Origin: an uncultured Thermodesulfobacteriota bacterium
GTDB taxonomy: Bacteria; Desulfobacterota; DSWW01
Assembly: GCA_964439795.1 (NCBI GenBank)
Contig: CAYTRL010000002.1
Span: 1 to 42,767 of the forward strand
Reading direction: 5' to 3'
DNA: 42,767 bases
Below, one piece after another: positions 1-6,879 of the stretch. Positions within the stretch are counted from its first letter, which is position 1. Each line of letters opens with the position of its first letter. The position numbers and the translations under genes were made by a program. The notes beneath the pieces are model-generated. The model did no database searches, was not told the DNA's origin, and saw only the letters and a list, made by a program, of their open reading frames with translations.

Positions 1-3
1 TTT

Positions 4-51
4 CCGTCATTCCGGACTTGATCCTTAGACCCCCCTGATCCGGAATCCAGG
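4..51. repeat. 31-nt hairpin-type intergenic repeat module; this copy is interrupted by a 17-nt insertion
   Basis: 4-24 CCGTCATTCCGGACTTGATCC plus 42-51 GGAATCCAGG reconstitute a 31-mer. Its reverse complement differs at 3 positions from 21009-21039. The intervening 17 nt (25-41) end in TGATCC, duplicating 19-24. Confidence 0.5.
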
Positions 52-148
52 GGAGGGGGGAACGGGCGAACCTTATGCTCAAAAACACCTCTCTAACAAC
101 AGGATCTGTATCTCCTACGAAAATAATATGAAACAGGGAGGAAATGCC

Positions 149-796
149 ATGAACCGCATATATAAGACCCTGTTGATCAGCACGGTACTGCTCTTTACGG
201 TCCCTTGCGCCGTAAACGCTCAGATCGTGCTGAACTCACCCCCCAACGGTGCCGAACTGACTGAACCGCCGAATTTCGCATGGACACCCGACATGGAATA
301 CAACGTGTTCCTGTTCTATTCGGTTTTCCACTACACGGTACCCGGCTTTGCCGGATACGTTCCCGCTTCCTTTTTAATTCTGCAGCCCGGCTTTTCCATG
401 AATTCCGGGTGGTTCGACCTGATCAGCGAAGACAACACCTGCTACTGGATTGTGGCCGGCTTCAAAGACGGCCAACCGACGATAAGCAGCGCCAGTACCT
501 TCACAAAGGTTAACGAGTGTACCGAAGGAAAATGCTGCGGGAGTTATGCATTCAGTTGCTGCGGCGGTTCCGGCGTTTGCTATACCGGTACGGACCAGGG
601 AGGCTTCTGCGGACTGGATATCAGCTGCAGTGCCACAAACGCCTGTTCTTCAGACGCCGACTGCGGTGCGGGCATGCGGTGCGCGGTGTGCACCTGCTGC
701 ACAGACCCCTCGCCGCAGGTGTGCGTGCCGGTCTGCGGTGCAGAGGTTCTTGATCATGAACTCTTTGACGGTGGCCCAACAGCCGCCGGACAGTGA
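149..796 (+). CDS. secreted cysteine-rich protein, function unknown
   Basis: GGGAGG lies 7 nt upstream of ATG 149 (the ORF track starts at 128, same frame). Signal peptide MNRIYKTLLISTVLLFTVPCAVNA. I count 16 Cys in the last ~75 residues (KCCGSYAFSCCGG...CAVCTCC...VCVPVC). Confidence 0.6.
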   Translation: MNRIYKTLLISTVLLFTVPCAVNAQIVLNSPPNGAELTEPPNFAWTPDMEYNVFLFYSVFHYTVPGFAGYVPASFLILQPGFSMNSGWFDLISEDNTCYWIVAGFKDGQPTISSASTFTKVNECTEGKCCGSYAFSCCGGSGVCYTGTDQGGFCGLDISCSATNACSSDADCGAGMRCAVCTCCTDPSPQVCVPVCGAEVLDHELFDGGPTAAGQ

Positions 797-854
797 ATCG
801 ATGCATGCAGGGGGCATTGCTTCCCTGGTGATCGGAACCGATGACCCCGTGAGG

Positions 855-953
855 GACATTGCGAGGAGCCGGAGGCGACGCGGCAGTCTCCCGGCCGCCA
901 GCAGGGTATTCCCCGTTGGGCCGGGGGGTTGCCGCGCTTCGCTCGCAATCTCC
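855..953. repeat. MITE-like repeat family, short copy (A)
   Basis: Starts GACATTGCGAGGAGCCGGAGGCGACGCGGCA and ends CGCTCGCAATCTCC. The termini form the inverted repeat ATTGCGAG/CTCGCAAT. Homologous to 5575-5746 and 10419-10593 but lacks their ~75-bp internal block. Flanks 820-854 also match the flank of copy C. Confidence 0.7.
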
Positions 954-990
954 TCCATTGTGTTTCTGTCCATAGGGGTCCGGCGGCGGG

Positions 991-1030
991 GAGCCGAACG
1001 CTGAACGCTGAACGCTGACAGCTGGTAGCA
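991..1030. repeat. short intergenic repeat module (GAGCCGAACGCT...GCTGACAGCTG) with three tandem GAACGCT heptamers
   Basis: GAACGCT occurs three times in tandem at 996-1016, followed by GACAGCTG. Related modules are at 16485-16520 (same orientation) and 20845-20880 (reverse). Confidence 0.55.
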
Positions 1031-1192
1031 ACTTCGCTCCGCTCCCAACTTGCATTTCTGTATCGCCCGCGTAACGTAAAGGGGATAGGGATTGTTAAAG
1101 CATAGCTGAACGAGCCCACCGGCCCGTCCGGAGGGTTCTGCCTGCCGTTGAATTGAATGATGATCCGGGTCCCATGAAATACACCGGTATTA

Positions 1193-1221
1193 TTGACAAA
1201 TTCCCACCTTGCCGGTATTCT
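1193..1221 (+). promoter_or_regulatory. candidate sigma70 promoter upstream of the biotin carboxylase gene
   Basis: TTGACA (1193-1198), 17-nt spacer, TATTCT (1216-1221). CCGGTATT occurs at 1185-1192 and again at 1212-1219. Confidence 0.35.
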
Positions 1222-1382
1222 TAGCGGTTCGGCCTGCAGGCATTCTCGCCCCGGTACCGGATCAAGGAGCGGTGGACATCCCGGAGGGAAGCCCGGCGCC
1301 GGAATCCGCGGGGAGAGAAAATGGCCTGCTGTAAAAACGAAATACGTGGGGCGACCCGATACCGCCCGGCAGGATTTTCGAC

Positions 1383-2867
1383 ATGGAAGAACCGAAAACA
1401 AGAGGGAAGACCGTGACACAATCAAAAAAAATCGAAAAGATCCTCGTGGCCAACCGGGGCGAGATCGCCATCCGGCTCTGCCGGGCGATACGGGAAGAAA
1501 ACCTCCGCGCCGTGGCCCTCTACGAATCCCCGGACCGGGAATCCCGGCACATCCGGGCCGCGGACGAAGCGGTCTGGATCGGCCCGGGTCCCCGCAAGGA
1601 CTACCTGGACATCGAACGGGTGATCTGGGCCGCCGAAACCAGCGGCTGCCAGGCCGTGCATCCCGGATACGGCTTCCTGGCGGAAAACCCGGAGCTTTCT
1701 CAGGCCTGCGAGGACGCGGGGCTCGTCTTCATCGGTCCCTCCCCGAAGGTAATCCGGGACCTGGGGGACAAGACGGTGGCCCGCCGCCTGGCCGAGGAGG
1801 CCGGGGTCCCGCTGATCCCGGGAAGCGGGGTGCTGCCCGAAGGAGAGGAAGGCGTTCGGGCGGCCCTGGAGTTCGGCCGGAGTATAGACTACCCCCTGAT
1901 GCTCAAGGCGGTGGCGGGCGGTGGCGGCCGGGGCATCCGCAGAGTGGACAACGAGGAGGAACTCCTGGAGCAGATCCCCATGGCGGCCGGGGAGGCACAG
2001 GCCGCGTTCGGAGACGGACGGCTCTACCTGGAAAAGGGGCTCATCAAACCCCGCCACGTGGAGGTGCAGATCCTGGGAGACCATCACGGGAACCTGATCC
2101 ACCTGGGGACCCGGAACTGCTCCATCCAGCGCCGACATCAGAAGCTGGTGGAGATCGCGCCCGGCCTGCTGCCCGCAGAACTGGAGGAACAGGTCTGCCG
2201 TGCAGCCCTGATCCTGGCGGAGAAGTCCGGGTACCGTAACGCGGGAACGGTGGAGTTCCTGGTGGACGCGGACAACCGGTTCTACTTCCTGGAGAACAAC
2301 ACACGGCACCAGGTCGAGCATACCGTCACCGAGACGATTACCGGCATCGACATCGTTCGGAGACAGATCCGTATCGTGCAGGGCCTGCCGCTGGACATCT
2401 CCCAGGACGACGTCCTGTGCCGCGGGTGCGCCATCGAGATGCGGATCAACGCCGAGGACCCCAAGAGGGACTTCGCGCCGGAAAGCGGCAAGACCGTCTC
2501 GGTTTACCAGAGCCCCGGCGGCCCCGGCATCCGCCTGGACGGCTTTGTGTACCAGGGCTACGAGATCCCGGCGGTATACGACTCCCTGCTGGTCAAGCTC
2601 ACCGTGTACGGCCTCACCTGGGCCGAGGCCACCAGTCGGCTCCGCCGGGCCCTGTCCACCTTCGTCATCGTGGGCCCCAAGACCACCATCCCGTTCTACC
2701 GCAAGCTCGTGGACGACCCGGAGTTCCTGGAAGGCTCGTTCGACACCGGGTACCTGGACCGGCATCCCGAACTTCTCGAGTACCGCTCCCAGGATCGGGA
2801 GGAGGCACGGATCGCGCACCTCCTGGCCGACATCCATCACCGGAAGGAAAACCCCTACGCCATTTGA
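1383..2867 (+). CDS. accC: biotin carboxylase (acetyl-CoA carboxylase AccC / pyruvate carboxylase subunit A type)
   Basis: KILVANRGEIAIRLCRA N-terminus, ATP-grasp glycine-rich loop MLKAVAGGGGRGIR, and FLENNTRHQVEH. 494 aa. GTG 1413 with an upstream GAGGGA is an alternative start. Confidence 0.9.
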   Translation: MEEPKTRGKTVTQSKKIEKILVANRGEIAIRLCRAIREENLRAVALYESPDRESRHIRAADEAVWIGPGPRKDYLDIERVIWAAETSGCQAVHPGYGFLAENPELSQACEDAGLVFIGPSPKVIRDLGDKTVARRLAEEAGVPLIPGSGVLPEGEEGVRAALEFGRSIDYPLMLKAVAGGGGRGIRRVDNEEELLEQIPMAAGEAQAAFGDGRLYLEKGLIKPRHVEVQILGDHHGNLIHLGTRNCSIQRRHQKLVEIAPGLLPAELEEQVCRAALILAEKSGYRNAGTVEFLVDADNRFYFLENNTRHQVEHTVTETITGIDIVRRQIRIVQGLPLDISQDDVLCRGCAIEMRINAEDPKRDFAPESGKTVSVYQSPGGPGIRLDGFVYQGYEIPAVYDSLLVKLTVYGLTWAEATSRLRRALSTFVIVGPKTTIPFYRKLVDDPEFLEGSFDTGYLDRHPELLEYRSQDREEARIAHLLADIHHRKENPYAI

Positions 2868-2896
2868 GGAACCCCAATAAAGGATCAGGACCGATC

Positions 2897-4840
2897 ATGA
2901 AATCAGCCAGCCTGGAAACAAGAATTCTCCCTGAAACATCGCCGGAAGAGGGCCTCCGCATGCTGCGGGAAGCCGACGGCTACTTCATCACGAACACGGC
3001 CCGGGACCTTTCCCAGTCGGACTTCAAGAACCGCATCCTCCCGCACACCGAGATGGAGGTGGCCGAGGAGCGGGACGCGGCGGGGTTCTTCTCCCTGGAG
3101 ATCACGGGCGGGGCCAGCGTGCACGTGGACATGCTGCGCAAGCAGATCGACCCGTTCGAGCGGCTGCACCTGCTGCGGAAAAAGATGCCCCGCACCCTGT
3201 TCCAGACCCTGTGCCGGGGGGTCAACCTGTTCGGGTACCGGCCTTATCCGGAGAACGTCATCCGCCTGACGGTCCAGGCGTTCGCCGAGTATGTGGACGT
3301 GTGGCGGGTCTTCGACTACCTGAACCACATCCCGAACATGGTCGCGGTCTACGAGGAAGTGAAACGGGCCGGAAAATTCCTGGAGCCCTCGGTCTGCTTC
3401 TCCACGGGCCCGGAGCACACGGACGAGTTCTACGTGAAGAAGACCGGGGAGATCCTGGAGGTCACCGGGCCGGAGATCATCCTGGCCATCAAGAACCACT
3501 CCGGGCTGGGCACCCCCCGGCGGATCGGCCAGCTCGTCACCGCCCTGCTGGACGCCTATCCGGACCTGGTGATCCACTACCACGGCCACAACACCGACGG
3601 GAACGACACGGCCCGGATCGTGGCCGCGGTGAAGGCCGGGGCCAAGATCGTGGACGCGGGCGACCACGCCATGACAGGCTTTTTCGGGCCGCCCCCCATC
3701 CTCACGGTCCTCCACACCCTGGAAGAGGAAGGCCACCGCGCCGCGGGCATCGACCGGGACGCGATCATCGCCACCAGCGAGAAACTCAAACCGATCCGGG
3801 AGGCTTACACGGACTACGAGTCCCAGTTCAAGGGGTTCGACCCCACCGTGCATATCCACAAGCTCCCCGGCGGAGCCATGGGCTCCAGCTTCGAGCAGGC
3901 GGTCAAGGGCGGTTTTCTGGACCGCATGCCCGACATCCTCACCCAGGAGCTTCCCCGGGTTCACCGGGAGATGGGAAACTTCTGGAGCGTGACCCCCGGA
4001 TCGCAAATCCTCTGGACAACGGCCGTCACGCACACACTCACCGGCATCCGGTACGAAAACGCTTCCGAGGACCTGAAGAACCTCATGCTGGGCCGCTACG
4101 GCCCGTTTCCGTTCTACCGTCCCTCGGACGACATCTACCGGACGGTCTTCGGCCCGGACTGGCAGAAGGTCCTGGAGGATGAGGGAGGACCGGAAGACTG
4201 CCCCCCCATGGACGTGGATGCCGAGCGGGCCAAGCTGGAGGAAGCCGTCGAGCGGCCGGCCACAACCCGGGAACTGGTCCTGTACCTCCAGCACCCCCGG
4301 GACGCGGTGGACTTCTTCAAGTTCGAGGAAGAGTTCGGCAAGAGTTACGTGCTGCCTCCCGAGGTCTGGTTCCGGCGCGGCGGCTTCCAGCCCGGGGAGA
4401 CGGTGACCTACCAGGACCACACCGGCAAGCACCACCAGGTGATATTCGGCCCCAGCAACCCCACCGCGGAGGGAGGGATCCTTACCTATCTCATGGTGGA
4501 TCATCATCCTGAACCGTTCCTCTACCAGCCCGAGGTGGAAAACGGCGCCGCCGTGAAGAGCGAGCTGACCCCCGACGAGATCACCGCCCTGGCGGAAATG
4601 GGAGAGATCCGCGCACTGACCACCGGGGTGGTGGCCGAACTCAAGGCCTCCGCGGGAACCCGTGTGGCCGAGGGCGATGTCCTCCTTGTCATGGAGGCCA
4701 TGAAGATGCTAAACCGCATCTTGAGCCCCATCGCGGGGACGGTGAAGGAGGTCGCCGTAAAGGAGGGTCAGCAGGTGGCCCAGGGAGACCTGCTCCTCAA
4801 GGTGCGGCCGCGCAGGGAGAAAGAGGAAGAGGGCACCTGA
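2897..4840 (+). CDS. pycB: carboxyltransferase (5S/HMGL-like TIM barrel) plus C-terminal biotinyl carrier domain; pyruvate carboxylase subunit B / oxaloacetate decarboxylase alpha type
   Basis: Metal-site motif IHYHGHNTDG, AIKNHSGLG, and biotinylation motif VMEAMKMLN near the C-terminus. ATG 2897 lies 30 nt after the accC stop. The ORF-track extension back to 2417 overlaps accC in another frame and is Arg/Pro-rich. Confidence 0.85.
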   Translation: MKSASLETRILPETSPEEGLRMLREADGYFITNTARDLSQSDFKNRILPHTEMEVAEERDAAGFFSLEITGGASVHVDMLRKQIDPFERLHLLRKKMPRTLFQTLCRGVNLFGYRPYPENVIRLTVQAFAEYVDVWRVFDYLNHIPNMVAVYEEVKRAGKFLEPSVCFSTGPEHTDEFYVKKTGEILEVTGPEIILAIKNHSGLGTPRRIGQLVTALLDAYPDLVIHYHGHNTDGNDTARIVAAVKAGAKIVDAGDHAMTGFFGPPPILTVLHTLEEEGHRAAGIDRDAIIATSEKLKPIREAYTDYESQFKGFDPTVHIHKLPGGAMGSSFEQAVKGGFLDRMPDILTQELPRVHREMGNFWSVTPGSQILWTTAVTHTLTGIRYENASEDLKNLMLGRYGPFPFYRPSDDIYRTVFGPDWQKVLEDEGGPEDCPPMDVDAERAKLEEAVERPATTRELVLYLQHPRDAVDFFKFEEEFGKSYVLPPEVWFRRGGFQPGETVTYQDHTGKHHQVIFGPSNPTAEGGILTYLMVDHHPEPFLYQPEVENGAAVKSELTPDEITALAEMGEIRALTTGVVAELKASAGTRVAEGDVLLVMEAMKMLNRILSPIAGTVKEVAVKEGQQVAQGDLLLKVRPRREKEEEGT

Positions 4841-4970
4841 CGATCAAACACAAGGAGAAAATGGAGAAAATGGGGACGGGCACCGATTTCCCCATTTCCG
4901 GGGGGACGAAAATCGGTGCCTGTCCCCGTTTTTTCCGGTCCCCGTTTTCCGTTGCTGACGATCAAACACA
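4837..4970. repeat. palindromic insertion-like element bracketed by 16-bp direct repeats
   Basis: CTGACGATCAAACACA occurs at 4837-4852 and 4955-4970. Between them, an 18-bp inverted repeat GGGGACGGGCACCGATTT (4872-4889) pairs with AAATCGGTGCCTGTCCCC (4910-4927) with 1 mismatch. Looser outer symmetry also exists (GGAGAAAATGGAGAAAATGGGGA vs TCCCCGTTTTTTCCGGTCCCCGTTTTCC). Confidence 0.65.
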
Positions 4971-5518
4971 TGGAGCGCGAAATGAAAAAAGCCCTGACCG
5001 CCGTCCTGGCCGCCGCCTGCCTGGCCGTGTTCGCGATTCCCGGATGGGCCAAGGATCCGGCACCGTTCAATCCGGCGGAACTGAACAAATTCATCTCCGA
5101 TTATCCCGGGTTCGTCTCTTTCATGAAAACCCAGGAGAAGGCCATTGAAGATGCGGGCAACCCGGACGCCTGGCAAAGCATGCAGGCATCCAACCGCATG
5201 GCCTCTTATCTCAACAAGAAAGGGTGGAAGCCGGAACGGTTCTTCTATGTGCTTTCCCATGCCAACGCCGGCCTGGCGGCGGTCACCCTGGAAGAGCAGG
5301 CGCCCCAGATTCAAAGCCAGTTTTCCGAATCCCGCAAGGCCATCCAGAACAACCCCATGTTTTCCGCGGAGATGAAACAGCAGCTTCTGGCCCAGATGCA
5401 GCAGGGAGAGGCCCAGGCCAAAAAGATGGACCAGATGGGCAAGGACCTGCCCCCGTTGGAACTCAAGCTGATCCGGAAAAATAAAGACCGGTTGATGCAC
5501 CTCTTCGAATCACAATAG
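4970..5518 (+). CDS. periplasmic/secreted hypothetical protein
   Basis: Signal peptide MKKALTAVLAAACLAVFAIPGWA. Gln/Lys-rich helical C-terminus. Start at ATG 4970 or 4982; the ORF-track start at 4916 lies inside the palindromic repeat. Confidence 0.6.
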   Translation: MEREMKKALTAVLAAACLAVFAIPGWAKDPAPFNPAELNKFISDYPGFVSFMKTQEKAIEDAGNPDAWQSMQASNRMASYLNKKGWKPERFFYVLSHANAGLAAVTLEEQAPQIQSQFSESRKAIQNNPMFSAEMKQQLLAQMQQGEAQAKKMDQMGKDLPPLELKLIRKNKDRLMHLFESQ

Positions 5519-5574
5519 GGTGGAGCCCCTGTCCCCCCATCCGCATCGGCATAGATACACAAACGCAACGAACG

Positions 5575-5746
5575 GATATTGCGAGGAGCCGAAGGCGACG
5601 CGGCAATCTCCCGTAGCATGAGGCAATCCCGCTGAGCCGGGGGGTCGCTTCACTCTGTTCGGGATCTTCCCCTTGCGCCGGCTGACCTGCAGAGCCGTGA
5701 GGCCGCGTCTTGCCGTTCGCGATCTTCGACTTCGCTCGCAATCTCC
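5575..5746. repeat. MITE-like repeat family, full-length copy (B)
   Basis: GATATTGCGAGGAGCCGAAGGCGACGCGGCAATCTCCC ... TTGCCGTTCGCGATCTTCGACTTCGCTCGCAATCTCC. Aligns along its length with 10419-10593. Outer flanks GATACACA (about 5563-5570) and TGTGTATC (5752-5759) extend the inverted symmetry. Confidence 0.7.
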
Positions 5747-5832
5747 AATTCTGTGTATCCCTGCATGTAAGGATTGTGGCGGGGATTTTAGCGCATCATG
5801 TTCAATTTGACCTGACCGGTTCGGGCTCGTAC

Positions 5833-5872
5833 CCTGGAAATACGATTCGATCTCCTTCCGATTTCCAGGAGG
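5833..5872 (+). promoter_or_regulatory. hairpin overlapping the Shine-Dalgarno of the lyase-like gene
   Basis: CCTGGAAAT (5833-5841) pairs perfectly with ATTTCCAGG (5861-5869). The SD AGGAGG is 5867-5872 and the ATG is at 5877. Confidence 0.35.
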
Positions 5873-5876
5873 CACG

Positions 5877-6653
5877 ATGAAAACAAGAACCTGCCTCATC
5901 CTGATTGTTCTCGTCCTGTCCCTCCCCGGGACCGCATGCCTGCCGGACAGCAACCACAAGGGGTTCGAGACCGGCGACTTCACCGGGTGGATGCAGGAAC
6001 TGGCCCGGCCCTACTCCGGCCAGGTCGTGACCGAGACCGTACGTTGCGGCGACTATGCGGCACGCTTCGAGATCCGGGAGGGAGACGTGCAACCGCTCGT
6101 CATCGGGTATCGGGCCGAGCTGCACGAGCTGCTCTTTTACGTGGCTCCCATGGGCAGCGAGCAGTGGTACGGATTCAGCACGTACATCCCGCCGGACTGG
6201 CCGGAACTGAACAACCGCACCGTGATCTCCCAGTTCCACGCCACCCCGGACCCGGGGGAGGTCTGGCGGAGCCCCCCCCTGGCCGTACGTTACACCGACG
6301 GCAACCTCACGGTGGACTGCCGTACCAGCGCCGAGCCGATCCAGGACGCAAACGACGGCCAGGTGGTGGAGCTGTACACGCATCCCGGGAGCTTTCAGAA
6401 GGGGATCTGGCACGACTGGATCTTCCACGTCCGATGGAGCTACGAGAATGTCGGGTTCGTGGAGGCTTGGCTCGACGGGGACCAGGTGATCGATTACCAG
6501 GGGCCCATCGGGTACAACGACTTCCTGGGCGTGTGGTTCAAGTGGGGCATCTACCGGGACGACCACCCGGTCACCCAGGTGCTCTACCACGACGAGTACC
6601 GCCGCGGAAACAGTTACGACGAGGTGGACCCGGGAAACTGCGAGTTGCCCTAA
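5877..6653 (+). CDS. polysaccharide-lyase-like (concanavalin-A-like fold, Pfam Polysacc_lyase type) lipoprotein
   Basis: Lipobox LSLPGTAC. Motifs GFETGDFTGW, YRAEL, ISQFH, W..W......W.DG and KWGIYR, as I recall for heparin/glucuronan-lyase-like PF14099 proteins. Strong SD. Confidence 0.65.
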   Translation: MKTRTCLILIVLVLSLPGTACLPDSNHKGFETGDFTGWMQELARPYSGQVVTETVRCGDYAARFEIREGDVQPLVIGYRAELHELLFYVAPMGSEQWYGFSTYIPPDWPELNNRTVISQFHATPDPGEVWRSPPLAVRYTDGNLTVDCRTSAEPIQDANDGQVVELYTHPGSFQKGIWHDWIFHVRWSYENVGFVEAWLDGDQVIDYQGPIGYNDFLGVWFKWGIYRDDHPVTQVLYHDEYRRGNSYDEVDPGNCELP

Positions 6654-6879
6654 TCCTGCCGCCGGACATTCCCCACCCCTTGTTACGGGCTTCTCATAGC
6701 CGACTTCTCTCCGGAAAACACCGGTTGCATACTCTTTCCATAAATTCCTTGTTACGTTATTTCACAGTCCCGAACCCTCCCCGCAGCGCCTTGACAGAAT
6801 ATGTCCAGGCGGAGAATGATGCTCGGGGGCAAAAAAGGAAGGCAGGAAAGACACTTCATCTGCGAAAGGGGAGCGAGCC

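Noticed and set aside
996-1016. Three tandem GAACGCT heptamers and other short repeats, considered as a possible CRISPR array or contingency locus.
   Set aside because: The units are far too short, there are no spacers, and the motif belongs to a dispersed intergenic repeat module. No cas genes are present in the window.
1193-2239. 348-aa plus-strand ORF rich in RGG/PG repeats that starts in the accC upstream region.
   Set aside because: It overlaps the biotin carboxylase gene in another frame. Its composition is typical of off-frame translation, and it starts inside the predicted promoter.
2417-2896. N-terminal extensions offered by the ORF track for several genes: 2417 for pycB, 11873 for the DsrM-like gene, 19001 for the MBL gene, 29909 for the GT2, 32208 for the dehalogenase-like gene, 34981 for the lipoprotein.
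   Set aside because: The extensions overlap the preceding gene or the divergent gene and are Arg/Pro-rich. Internal starts with SD sequences and signal peptide or family-typical N-termini exist.
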